Below, one piece after another: positions 1-8,402 of a stretch of 19,369 bases of DNA. Under the pieces are notes generated by a model. That model was not told the origin of the DNA. It searched no databases and saw only the letters and a program-made list of their open reading frames with translations. Every line of letters begins with the position of its first letter. Positions within the stretch are counted from its first letter, which is position 1. A program made the translations under genes and the position numbers. Origin of the DNA: Planctomycetota bacterium (GTDB taxonomy: Bacteria; Planctomycetota; UBA1135); assembly GCA_045047305.1 (NCBI GenBank), contig JASFYO010000084.1:1-19369 (forward strand). Reading direction: 5' to 3'.

Positions 1-332
1 TTAATCATGACGCCAATGCCCACCAGGACACCGGAGTTCCCTTCCTGAAATCGACGTAGTTCTTGTGGACCGAAGAAATCGGCATAGGGGTCATGCAGGG
101 ATTGCAACATGCCCTCGGCACCTTGGCGCATCAGTTCCGCCGCGGAAAGAGGCTCCACATAATCCTCTCGAATGGTGCGGTGCACGGTCGCCAGGATTTG
201 CTCTTCGGTAGCCTGGGTTCGACTCTCAATCAAAGGGCCGAGGAAGTGCTGCGTAACCAGAATGCCCACCGCCGCCCAGAAGGCGCCGAACAGAATACTT
301 TTCAGATGGAACGGCCGGGATTCGGGACGCAT
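1..332 (-). CDS. S41-family carboxyl-terminal processing protease (CtpA/Prc-like), 5' part only; gene runs off the left edge
   Basis: Manually translated from ATG at 332: MRPESRPFHLKSILFGAFWAAVGILVTQHFLG...IREDYVEPLSAAELMRQGAEGMLQSLHDPYADFF...FQEGNSGVLVGIGVMI. N-terminal TM, then the typical CtpA 'YVe..L..A.GML.sL.DPY...F...G..GIG' segment preceding the PDZ domain. Not in the ORF track because it has no stop in the window. Confidence 0.88.
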   Translation of the reverse strand, partial: MRPESRPFHLKSILFGAFWAAVGILVTQHFLGPLIESRTQATEEQILATVHRTIREDYVEPLSAAELMRQGAEGMLQSLHDPYADFFGPQELRRFQEGNSGVLVGIGVMI

Positions 333-338
333 TCCACG

Positions 339-364
339 ATTCTACTTGCCCGGAGGATTAGAAT
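339..364. promoter_or_regulatory. Back-to-back divergent -10 hexamers (TAGAAT on - at 339-344; TAGAAT on + at 359-364)
   Basis: Two identical hexamers point outward toward ctpA and the PTPS-folE operon. The minus one lies 6 nt from the ctpA ATG. Confidence 0.55.
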
Positions 365-404
365 ATGGCCTTCCACTGCATCCTCTCTCCCCAAGAATTA
401 CCTT

Positions 405-818
405 TTGGAAATCCGCTACCAAGCCGAGTTCTGCGCTGCGCACCGCCTCTTTCGTGAAGACTGGTCGGAGCAACGCAATACGGAAGTCTTTGGCATCTGC
501 GCCAACCCTCATGGCCATGGTCACAATTATCAGCTGATGGTGTGCGTGCGTGGCCCGATCCAAGAGGAAACTGGCATGGTGATGAACTTCCTTGCTTTGA
601 CCGCACTGGTGCAGGAACGCATTTTGCGTTGGGTGGATCACCGGAATCTGGATCTCGATGTCCCCTTTCTAAGTGGAAAGATATCCACAGCGGAAAATTT
701 GTTGGTAGCCTTCTGGGAACAACTTGAGGGTGGTTTGCCTCAAGCTGTCGCCTTGGCCTCTCTGTCCTTAGGAGAAAGCCGCGACTACTCCTGTCATTAC
801 TATGGCCCTCAAGCATGA
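405..818 (+). CDS. 6-pyruvoyl-tetrahydropterin synthase / QueD family (COG0720); start uncertain (TTG 405 proposed)
   Basis: [41 protein letters not shown] motifs. The ORF-track start at 63 overlaps the opposite-strand ctpA and is not credible. Stop overlaps the folE start (ATGA). Confidence 0.92.
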   Translation: MEIRYQAEFCAAHRLFREDWSEQRNTEVFGICANPHGHGHNYQLMVCVRGPIQEETGMVMNFLALTALVQERILRWVDHRNLDLDVPFLSGKISTAENLLVAFWEQLEGGLPQAVALASLSLGESRDYSCHYYGPQA

Positions 819-1402
819 TGGAACAAGCACAAGAAAACGATCCACTGAAAGCCCAAGTACGTGCCATGTTGGCTGAACTGGGGGAGGACCCTGACCGTGA
901 AGGCTTGCTAGATACGCCGAAACGGGTGGCGAAAAGTATGCGCTTTTTACTTGGTGGGCAGGAGCAAAAGCTTGACCAAGTGGTGAATGGGGCACTATTC
1001 GAGGAAGAGGTCGACGAAATGGTTTTGGTGCACGACATTGAGTTCTATTCCATGTGTGAGCACCACATGCTGCCATTTTTCGGACGCATCCATGTGGCCT
1101 ACCTGCCCAAGGGGCGGATTATTGGGCTGAGTAAAATCCCGCGCATCGTGGATATGTTCGCCCGCCGCCTGCAAGTGCAAGAGCGCCTAACCGTTCAGGT
1201 TGCAGAAGCTTTACAGCAAGTCCTGGAGCCTAAAGGTGTTGCTGTTGTCAGTGAAGCATCACACCTGTGCATGATGATGCGTGGTGTCTCCAAGCAAGCC
1301 AGTCGCGCAACAGCATCTTGCATGCTCGGCGGTTTCCGTAAAAATGCGCAGACCCGCAATGAGTTTCTCAGCTTGGTGCGCGCGTCCTCGAATAAGTATT
1401 AG
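815..1402 (+). CDS. folE: GTP cyclohydrolase I
   Basis: [59 protein letters not shown] motifs. Confidence 0.98.
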   Translation: MMEQAQENDPLKAQVRAMLAELGEDPDREGLLDTPKRVAKSMRFLLGGQEQKLDQVVNGALFEEEVDEMVLVHDIEFYSMCEHHMLPFFGRIHVAYLPKGRIIGLSKIPRIVDMFARRLQVQERLTVQVAEALQQVLEPKGVAVVSEASHLCMMMRGVSKQASRATASCMLGGFRKNAQTRNEFLSLVRASSNKY

Positions 1403-1492
1403 CACCTTCCTAATCGCGGCTGAATCTCGAACAATTGGGCCTCCGCAGTTGGAAACGCGTGATAGAGTCCGATATCGGTTCGCCGATTCCTC

Positions 1493-1516
1493 CATCCCCC
1501 CCCTCATCCCCCCCCT
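1493..1516. repeat. Perfect tandem duplication (CATCCCCCCCCT)x2 containing two C8 tracts
   Basis: Read directly: 1493-1504 and 1505-1516. Confidence 0.9.
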
Positions 1517-1532
1517 AGATTTTCTCCGTAAC

Positions 1533-1691
1533 GTGCGCCAATCCGCACCTCGTCCTCTCCCCGCCTTGTTCGCAATCGCGCTTCTTGTTGGCACCATGTT
1601 GTTGGTCTCCATGATGATGGATACCAGTAGCGCACAAGAAGGAACCGCCACAGTGGCTGCAGAAGCCAACTTCGATAGTCTTCCGCAGTAG
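1533..1691 (+). CDS. Small (52 aa) single-TM or signal-peptide protein
   Basis: GTG 1533 gives MRQSAPRPLPALFAIALLVGTMLLVSMMMDTSSAQEGTATVAAEANFDSLPQ: basic N-terminus, hydrophobic stretch, acidic tail. Fills the gap and ends 8 nt before the stop of the convergent gene. Confidence 0.5.
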   Translation: MRQSAPRPLPALFAIALLVGTMLLVSMMMDTSSAQEGTATVAAEANFDSLPQ

Positions 1692-1699
1692 CCAGCGAC

Positions 1700-2458
1700 T
1701 TAGTTTTCGCGAATTTCCTCTACGAACTTGAGCACCCGCGCAACGGCGTCCTCAGGTGTAAGGTGGGTTGTATCTAACGCATATTCGGCCCGTTCATAGG
1801 CATTGCGTCGTTGTGCAAGCAGTTGCTCCATATTGGAGATGGCTTGATGTTGTCCTTCTGGTGGACGTTTTCCATCCTGCTTGGTTACCCGATTCCAGTG
1901 GGTCAGAGAATCCGCGTGCAGCCAAATGGTGGTGCAGGTGGCGAGCAACCGAGAGTAGGCATCGGTGTGACTCACAATACTGCCGGGAAGAGCTAGTACG
2001 CCTTGATCGTGCTTGATCAGCCACTCATCTAGGGCAACTGCTTCACGCCTGAGGAATCCTTCGCGCCCTTCCGTTTCAAAAATCTCACGAGTAGGCATGC
2101 CGGAAGTCTCTTCCACAATGTAATCCAGCTCCTGAAACTGCACCCCTAAACGCGATGCAAGCAGGGGGCCAAGAGTGCTTTTTCCTGCACCCCGTATCCC
2201 TAAAAGAGCAATGCGATCGCTGGGGATACTCTTGACTTGAAGGTCGCAAAGTTGTCCAAGTGGGAGTTGCAGGGACTGCGCTAGGGAGGCAAGCTTTTCC
2301 AGGGATGGATTCGCTCTACCTGCTTCAATCTCCACTAGAAAGCGTCGGCTGAGCCCAGCTTGGTCTGCTAGCGATTGCAGGGAATGCTTTCGCTCGAGGC
2401 GAAGTTGGCGCACGCGCTTGCCAAAGGAGCGCAAAAGACGAGTGGAGGTCCGAGCCAT
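1700..2458 (-). CDS. XRE-HTH + shikimate-kinase-like transcriptional regulator (BzdR/BoxR type)
   Basis: N-terminal cro/XRE HTH (FGKRVRQLR...LADQAGLSRRFLVEIEAGRANPS) fused to RIALLGIRGAGKSTLG P-loop, TIWLHA...H..RV..Q...RP and R..AY.RA...DT, the layout of BzdR/BoxR. Start ATG 2458 preferred over 2506, which lies in the terminator. Confidence 0.88.
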   Translation of the reverse strand: MARTSTRLLRSFGKRVRQLRLERKHSLQSLADQAGLSRRFLVEIEAGRANPSLEKLASLAQSLQLPLGQLCDLQVKSIPSDRIALLGIRGAGKSTLGPLLASRLGVQFQELDYIVEETSGMPTREIFETEGREGFLRREAVALDEWLIKHDQGVLALPGSIVSHTDAYSRLLATCTTIWLHADSLTHWNRVTKQDGKRPPEGQHQAISNMEQLLAQRRNAYERAEYALDTTHLTPEDAVARVLKFVEEIREN

Positions 2459-2498
2459 AGCATTGGGAAATATACTTCCATTCCGGGACCTGTCTAGC

Positions 2499-2537
2499 AA
2501 AAACAACCCGGCAGCTCGTTAAGAGCTGCCGGGTTGT
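2499..2537 (-). terminator. Rho-independent terminator of the FG-GAP gene
   Basis: Perfect 15-bp stem ACAACCCGGCAGCTC / GAGCTGCCGGGTTGT with a 5-nt loop, followed on the minus strand by a T-tract, 16 nt after the stop at 2554. Confidence 0.9.
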
Positions 2538-2553
2538 GCGGTCGGATTCCAGC

Positions 2554-4560
2554 TTACTGGAAGGTCACTGCGACTACGCGAGTGAGCGCTGGCACAAACA
2601 GGTCCCAATCGTAGGCCTGAAAGTGCGCTGTGACTCCGGCGAATCCTGCAGGCACGTTAATCGGGCTACTGGTGAAGACTCCTTCATCTGCCGTGCCGAT
2701 ATCGCCAGACTTGTCTCCAGGTTGGCCGAGGAAGCGTGGATTTACCAAGTTAATCTTCCAGCCACCATTTGGAACCACGTTCACCGCGCCAGGAGTGAAT
2801 CCTCGGTTGGTGCCGTAGATGTAAACCGGGCTATTGGGGATACCCCAGCGAGTCTTTAGAGTAATCGGTTGACCAGCGGTATTGCCGATGACAAACAAGG
2901 TTACACCTGGGTCGGAAACCGTTCCGGTCGCCGTGTTGGAGTTGCGCACGAAACCATTGCGATCCTCGATTACTTGGAAGTAGAGGTCGGTTCCATCTGG
3001 AAGCGTATCCAGGATGCGGTAGAGGCTTTGCGCGGTATCGCCTGGGTTCGCATCGATGGAGAAGTCAATCAGGCCACCAATGTTTAGGTCATAGCCGTGA
3101 GGCGAGGTGGTCTGAGCCAAAGTGGTGCCGACGTACCAGTAAATCTCACCGCCGCCACCTGGCGACAGGTTGGTTACGGTCCTTTCAACATCCGTTTCCC
3201 ATTCAAAGGCACCAGCGAGGGTTAAAGCAATCGGACCGATGTCTTGCGCGGGTGGGGCAAAAATGTCTACAGCACCGACGTCGTTACCTCTGTGCGGTGA
3301 GCCTACGCCAATCTCTGCTTTGTCGGTTTGGTTGAGGTCACCGACGACGCCAAGGCTCCAGCCAAAGTTGCCGGTGGTACCAGCAGGGCCCGTTTGGTCG
3401 TAAAGGCCCAGGGCGTTGACATTCGCCACTGAGAACACATTGAAGGCACCGCGTTGGCCTAAAGCTCCAGGGGAGCCGACGGCAAGATCACCATAGCTAT
3501 CAAAGTTGCTGTCTGGGATCATCAGGACGGAGTAGCCAAACTGACTGCCTGCTCCCTGTCCATTGATTTGCATGATGGGGCTAAGGCTGCTTCCATTCCA
3601 CACCACAACCGCTCCGTTGGTGGTGTCGGGAGCGCCGGCTGCATAATCATTGCTTGCACCTCCAGCGGCGTTGAAGCCACCAGCGACGCTGTAGCCCAGG
3701 TGCGCATCGGCAACTGCAGCGAGTGGGTTGCTGAGCAAGGTTTGATTGCCGAACTCATCGAGCACGACGGCAGCACCAGCGTTGGCGGCGATGTCATCGG
3801 CAAAAGGCGCACCCGCAATCAAGGTTTCCGCGGTCGACCCAGAGCCACCTATTGCAGCTCCGCCAGGAATGCCACCCCGCGCAAGAGACCAGCCAAGCAT
3901 TTCCATACTGCCAGTCGAGCCAGTGTAAATATCCGCAGCTGGCGTAGCTGCACCAGCAGAACTCATGGTGTAGGTGAGTACTTCGCCATCCTGGAAGTTG
4001 GTCCCCATCGCGCCGACAGCAAGGTCGAGATCGTTGTCACCGTCCATCTCATAGGCCGCGAGGCTAAAACCAAACAAGGCTCCAGGAGTGGGGCCTAGCA
4101 ACTCGGTGTTGAGGCTCATGCTGCCAGCAATATTGTCCCATGAATAAATCCGTACCAGGCCAGTAAAGGGGCCATTTACGGTGCTGGCATAAGGCGCGCC
4201 AATGGCGAGCTTCGGCAGGTTGTCTCCATTGTGGGAGCCGAGGAAGGCCATCGAGAAGCCCAGCTGGTCGGCAGCGGCAAGGCCGTCAATCTCATCTAGG
4301 ATGGAATCATCGAAGCCAGAGAAGATTGTGACCAGGCCAGCATTTTGGGCCATCCGGTCGGAGCCTACAGAGGATACGGCGTAATCGTCGTAACCATCTG
4401 CGTTTAAGTCGCCTAGGCCAACAATGGCGGTGCCAAATTGATCACTAGGATTGACCCCAGCAACATCGGTCCATTGGACCCAATCCTGCTGCGCAGAGAG
4501 AGGAGTCAACAAAGCACCCAATGCGAGGGCGGTGAGTAGGGGATGGCGAGGTGTCGTCAT
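2554..4560 (-). CDS. Secreted FG-GAP (integrin-alpha-like) seven-bladed beta-propeller protein with two C-terminal beta-rich domains
   Basis: Signal peptide (…TPLSA|QQ) and seven FG/LG.S...GAP repeats (QFGTA, QLGFS, LFGFS, MLGWS, HLGYS, QFGYS, NFGWS), several with DxN/DxDG Ca-binding loops. Confidence 0.9.
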   Translation of the reverse strand: MTTPRHPLLTALALGALLTPLSAQQDWVQWTDVAGVNPSDQFGTAIVGLGDLNADGYDDYAVSSVGSDRMAQNAGLVTIFSGFDDSILDEIDGLAAADQLGFSMAFLGSHNGDNLPKLAIGAPYASTVNGPFTGLVRIYSWDNIAGSMSLNTELLGPTPGALFGFSLAAYEMDGDNDLDLAVGAMGTNFQDGEVLTYTMSSAGAATPAADIYTGSTGSMEMLGWSLARGGIPGGAAIGGSGSTAETLIAGAPFADDIAANAGAAVVLDEFGNQTLLSNPLAAVADAHLGYSVAGGFNAAGGASNDYAAGAPDTTNGAVVVWNGSSLSPIMQINGQGAGSQFGYSVLMIPDSNFDSYGDLAVGSPGALGQRGAFNVFSVANVNALGLYDQTGPAGTTGNFGWSLGVVGDLNQTDKAEIGVGSPHRGNDVGAVDIFAPPAQDIGPIALTLAGAFEWETDVERTVTNLSPGGGGEIYWYVGTTLAQTTSPHGYDLNIGGLIDFSIDANPGDTAQSLYRILDTLPDGTDLYFQVIEDRNGFVRNSNTATGTVSDPGVTLFVIGNTAGQPITLKTRWGIPNSPVYIYGTNRGFTPGAVNVVPNGGWKINLVNPRFLGQPGDKSGDIGTADEGVFTSSPINVPAGFAGVTAHFQAYDWDLFVPALTRVVAVTFQ

Positions 4561-4665
4561 GGTTACGGTCCGGTGGCTAAACGGTGTTCAATCCTACCTC
4601 ATGTTGCCACCCCTTCTGCCGTTTTCTTCTCCTGAAATCCGCGATTTTGGCTGTATCCTTAGCCT

Positions 4666-6246
4666 ATGTTGACGCGTTACCGCACCCTGTCATTGCTCAT
4701 CTTGGCCCTCCTACCTGGATTTGCCTGTGGAGGCCATGAGGCTCCCGTGGTTGAAGAATCCGTTTCTGAGACGCAAACGTCTACTACCCAAGCTCTTAGC
4801 GCAGATTTGGAATCCGCGGGTGCGGCTCAGGAGGAACTCCCAGAAATCGACCCCACAGCACCAGCGTATTTACGCGTTGTGACTACTCTGAAGGGGAAAC
4901 CGGTTGGAAATATTTCTTTCGATATACAGTGGCTAGAGGAGGGGAATCCCGCCAAAACCAGTAGCCATGTTGGCCCAACAGGGGAGCACACTGTCACTTT
5001 CGACCATGGTTCTCAGTTGATAGGTCTGATTTTCTCCCCTAGTTCCAGAACTGCGCCGCGCAGCGTCAAGGACGGAACTCTGCTCACTGGCAACCGTACT
5101 TACACCATGGAGGTAGAGCTGCAGCCGTGCAGTATCGTGAGTGGTGTGGTGCTTGATGTGGAAGGGAACCCTCTACCCGGCGCTAACGTGCTCGCATTTT
5201 TTGAAACTCCCGAAAGTCTAGAATCCAAGTTGAACCCCTCGGTACGTTCTTTCTCTACGTCGGATGAGCAGGGTCGGTTCCGTTTGGGTGGACTTGCTCC
5301 GGGACCTTTTTCATTGGAAGCTTCCTACGAGGGGAAAACCACGATTTGGCGTCCATGCGGGGTGATTGGTAAGGAAGAGGAAATTACCGGCCTCGAAATT
5401 ATGATGGAGCCAGCCATCATTGTTTATGGCCAAGTTACGGATACGGATGGGGTTGCGATCAAGCAAGCGAAGGTCACTGCAGGACGTCCTAATCGTCGGC
5501 GGAACCGACGCAGCACCGAGAATCCCAACGTCTTTCTCTATAATCCTCGCGGAATCAACGTGTTAACCGAGGAGGATGGGACCTTCCAATTGGTTGGGGT
5601 TCCCGAATCTCAAAATTGGTTGATCAACGTGACTCACAAGGAATTCAAGCGCAGCATCACCACGCTTGAGGCCGGGCAGATTGATGTCTGGGTGGAGTTG
5701 AAAAAGGGAGCCGATCTTCGTGGATCGATTGTCGATGGCGATGGCAGAGCTTTATCCCAGGCGCAAATCTGGATGCTCACGGATGAAGGTGAACCGACCC
5801 AGTTTACCGATTTGAAAGGCCAGTTTCTTTTTGGTGGACTAGATGAGATGGAAAAGGTTTATCTCATTGTCTACCGACCAGGCTATGGCATGAAGCTTCT
5901 CGGCCCGATGGCAATCGAAGAGGGGATGCCTTCTCTCGATGTCGTCCTCGACGGTGGATTGGTGATTGAAGGCGTATTGCGCGATGCATCTGGGGATCCG
6001 GTCAGTGGTGCTGCGATGCGTATTCAAGGTTCGGTTCCAGATGAAACCTTTATGAACGCACGCTTGCCAGAGCAATTCCTCGGACGTAACGCTGTGCTCA
6101 CTGGCGCCGATGGTAGCTTTCGCTTTGAGGGACTGTACTCCGGTGTGTTTACGGTGACGGCTTCCGTGCCAGGCAAGCCCAAGGTCATCGTGCTTGGCGT
6201 GGAGCCAGGGATCACTCCAGATTTAGAGCTTGAACTTCAGGACTGA
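4666..6246 (+). CDS. Lipoprotein with four carboxypeptidase-regulatory-like (transthyretin-like) repeats
   Basis: Lipobox-like GFAC at Cys21. Repeats: VSGVVLDVEGNPLPGANV, VYGQVTDTDGVAIKQAKV, LRGSIVDGDGRALSQAQI, IEGVLRDASGDPVSGAAM, each followed by a T/S-D..G.F.L/F.G motif. Confidence 0.85.
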   Translation: MLTRYRTLSLLILALLPGFACGGHEAPVVEESVSETQTSTTQALSADLESAGAAQEELPEIDPTAPAYLRVVTTLKGKPVGNISFDIQWLEEGNPAKTSSHVGPTGEHTVTFDHGSQLIGLIFSPSSRTAPRSVKDGTLLTGNRTYTMEVELQPCSIVSGVVLDVEGNPLPGANVLAFFETPESLESKLNPSVRSFSTSDEQGRFRLGGLAPGPFSLEASYEGKTTIWRPCGVIGKEEEITGLEIMMEPAIIVYGQVTDTDGVAIKQAKVTAGRPNRRRNRRSTENPNVFLYNPRGINVLTEEDGTFQLVGVPESQNWLINVTHKEFKRSITTLEAGQIDVWVELKKGADLRGSIVDGDGRALSQAQIWMLTDEGEPTQFTDLKGQFLFGGLDEMEKVYLIVYRPGYGMKLLGPMAIEEGMPSLDVVLDGGLVIEGVLRDASGDPVSGAAMRIQGSVPDETFMNARLPEQFLGRNAVLTGADGSFRFEGLYSGVFTVTASVPGKPKVIVLGVEPGITPDLELELQD

Positions 6247-6253
6247 GTCTCGC

Positions 6254-6676
6254 TTAAGCTCTAGATTTCGGCCGCAACTGATGTGCGACATAACTGGCCA
6301 GCCACAAAACGGAAGTTGCCAGGTGTACCCATTTCCAAATGCTGCGCCAATCTTCGTCGACGGCGATTTGCAGAAGGTAGGCGCTGAATAGCATCGGCAA
6401 AAACGAGAGGCAAAGGGCGAGCCCGGTGCCGCGACGTAACTTTTGTTTACTGCGTACTCGTTTCGATGCATGCACGACCCAAATGATGCCAAAAGATAGG
6501 GTCAGCAGTGGTGCGAAGAGCAAATGCAAATCGTGCACCTGGCCTTGCCAAGGGTGATTCCAAATCGAGAACTCGTCTGCGGAAGTGGCGAAATACAGCA
6601 TCCACGCGTAGATTAGGCCAGTTCCGCCAACTAGAAGGTTGGAGATGTGTTGCAACCAGGCTTGTGCGCGACTCAC
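6254..6676 (-). CDS. 4-TM His-rich membrane protein, putative cytochrome b (DUF4405-like)
   Basis: Four hydrophobic segments with His at 10, 41, 48, 51, 69, 118 and 132. H51/H69 and H118/H132 bracket TM helices. ATGA-coupled to the FMN-binding gene. Confidence 0.65.
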   Translation of the reverse strand: MSRAQAWLQHISNLLVGGTGLIYAWMLYFATSADEFSIWNHPWQGQVHDLHLLFAPLLTLSFGIIWVVHASKRVRSKQKLRRGTGLALCLSFLPMLFSAYLLQIAVDEDWRSIWKWVHLATSVLWLASYVAHQLRPKSRA

Positions 6677-7230
6677 TTCTTAAGGCCCTTTTTCTTCTTC
6701 ACTTTGCTCGGATGCGCGACGGCATGAGCAGCTAACATTTCACGCACTGCAGCGGTGGTTGCGCGAGAAGTTAGCGTGGCACCGCTGACACCGTGAATGC
6801 TTTTCTTGAGTTGCAAGTTTTTATCCAAGCGTTTGCCCTCAAATTGCTGGTACCAACGATCCACCGGTTTGTAATCCAGCGGCTCATCAAAAGCACAAAC
6901 AACAATCTTTTCCACGCGTTGTTCTGCATCGATAATGAGCATGATGGTTTGCGCCTTGCTACGGACTTTACGTGTATCAAACCAAACACTGCGGCCAGCG
7001 ATGACTTTGCCGCTTTTCGTGGTGGACTGATATTCCGCATGCGTGCCACTCGCCTTCTGAATACCAGCAAGTGCACTGATCTTCGCGCGTTCCTGCTTGG
7101 TCCAGTAATGCGGAGTACGCACAACCTCGGCCTTGCCATAAGCGATGGTCAGGGCTTCTTCACGAGTGTGGAAGGTCTTACCTGTCCCAGGAAGGGATAG
7201 GCAAACAAGAGCTAGAACAAGCGTTTTCAC
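6673..7230 (-). CDS. Exported FMN-binding (flavinylated) domain protein
   Basis: Signal peptide, W.QQFEGK and the IHGVSGATLTS flavinylation motif (S-G-A-T) typical of FMN_bind/RnfG/NqrC domains. Lys-rich C-tail. Confidence 0.85.
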   Translation of the reverse strand: MKTLVLALVCLSLPGTGKTFHTREEALTIAYGKAEVVRTPHYWTKQERAKISALAGIQKASGTHAEYQSTTKSGKVIAGRSVWFDTRKVRSKAQTIMLIIDAEQRVEKIVVCAFDEPLDYKPVDRWYQQFEGKRLDKNLQLKKSIHGVSGATLTSRATTAAVREMLAAHAVAHPSKVKKKKGLKK

Positions 7231-7235
7231 GGGTT

Positions 7236-8387
7236 CTAGAAGGACCAGCCGAGGGTGAATTCAATCGTATCGACGGTGGTGTCTGCGTCGGTGGATTGGT
7301 TTTGGAAGTCGAGCTTAAAGATGAGGTTCTCTTGCGGTTGCCACGCAAGTCCCAGGACTAAGACATCGACATCGGTGGATGCGGCGGTGGCATCGAGTAG
7401 GTCGAAGTTCTCAAAACGCACAAAAGGGGTCAGGGATTGACCGGACTCGTGACCGGCGAGGACGTCGTAACCGCCTTCGAGATACCAGCCCACGAGGCTA
7501 TCACTGGGCGATGGGGTGTTGAGCAGGGCAGCGTCGTTGATGGTGGCATCGGCATAGAGGAAGCGCAGGCGCAGAGGGCCGTGATCGTATTGCGCATGAA
7601 TATCAAACAGGCTGACGCCAAAGTCACTCACCGTACTGCTTTGACCGGAGTTGCCTTGATAAAACGATGCGCCGAGCAAGAGCCCTTCGATACCGCGCCA
7701 ATCAAAGCGTCCGGTGAATGCGAAATCTTCGGCGGTTGCCTGTCCGCCACCTTGGCGTCCTTGGCGCAAACCGGAAGTCGCAGGTTCAAAACCAGCAGCT
7801 TCAAAACCGTTCACGAGGTAGGCTTGCCATTTGAAATCACCCGCCTGACCAAAGGTTCCAGCACCATTTTCGTTCCAAGTGGTGGGAATAATGAAGCGCT
7901 CTACCAGAGGGCGTTGCGCGGACCAAAAGGTGGTCGGTTCGTGGTTTTGATTGATGAAGCCCATCGGAATCAAAAGGTTTCCACCGCGAAAATTGAGGGC
8001 GTCGCTGAAGTGGCCATCAATCTGGGCGAACTCCACCGAAAGCTGATTGGTGTGTTCGTATTCGATTTCGGAATGGAAGGACCAGGTGTCGTCGAAGCGA
8101 TAACCGAGGTACAGCACTAAGCGGTGCAAGTCGACCTCATCGGCCATGCCGGAAGGGGCGCCGCCGTCGGTTGTGGCTGCAAAATTGCGATAAGTAACCT
8201 CTCCGTATCCACCGATGGAGAGTTGGTTGCTGTCGCCGTCATGAGACAGCGGGTCCATGCTCTCAGATAAGAGATCGATACGGCGTGCGAGCTCAGCGTT
8301 GGACGGCGCGGTTTCTCCCTGTTGGGCGTATAGCGCAGTGGTTGAGGCGAGGGCGAGACCGATGGGCAGGAGCAGGCGTATTGTCAC
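7236..8387 (-). CDS. Outer-membrane beta-barrel porin-like protein (OprO/P-like)
   Basis: Signal peptide, short coiled-coil, then IGGYGEV, RLVLYLGYRF...FHSEIEYEH, VEFA, INQNHEPTTF, IIPTTW.E.G. Amphipathic strands and a C-terminal W-S-F beta-signal. Confidence 0.85.
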   Translation of the reverse strand: MTIRLLLPIGLALASTTALYAQQGETAPSNAELARRIDLLSESMDPLSHDGDSNQLSIGGYGEVTYRNFAATTDGGAPSGMADEVDLHRLVLYLGYRFDDTWSFHSEIEYEHTNQLSVEFAQIDGHFSDALNFRGGNLLIPMGFINQNHEPTTFWSAQRPLVERFIIPTTWNENGAGTFGQAGDFKWQAYLVNGFEAAGFEPATSGLRQGRQGGGQATAEDFAFTGRFDWRGIEGLLLGASFYQGNSGQSSTVSDFGVSLFDIHAQYDHGPLRLRFLYADATINDAALLNTPSPSDSLVGWYLEGGYDVLAGHESGQSLTPFVRFENFDLLDATAASTDVDVLVLGLAWQPQENLIFKLDFQNQSTDADTTVDTIEFTLGWSF

Positions 8388-8402
8388 GAATCCGGTTTAT
8401 TA

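Noticed and set aside
63..404. N-terminal 114 aa of ORF 63..818, suggesting a PTPS fusion protein
   Set aside because: It is mostly the antisense shadow of the minus-strand ctpA gene; PTPS similarity begins only near 405.
405..1402. folE + queD-like pair as a 7-deazaguanine DNA-modification (dpd) or phage defence island
   Set aside because: No queC/queE/dpdA/tgt-like gene or mobility marker in the window, and the motif is PTPS-II type.
1451..1478. GGAAAC...TCCGA as an ECF-sigma promoter, and the palindrome CCGATATCGG
   Set aside because: Spacing is too short for an ECF promoter, and a 10-bp palindrome is expected by chance in 19 kb.
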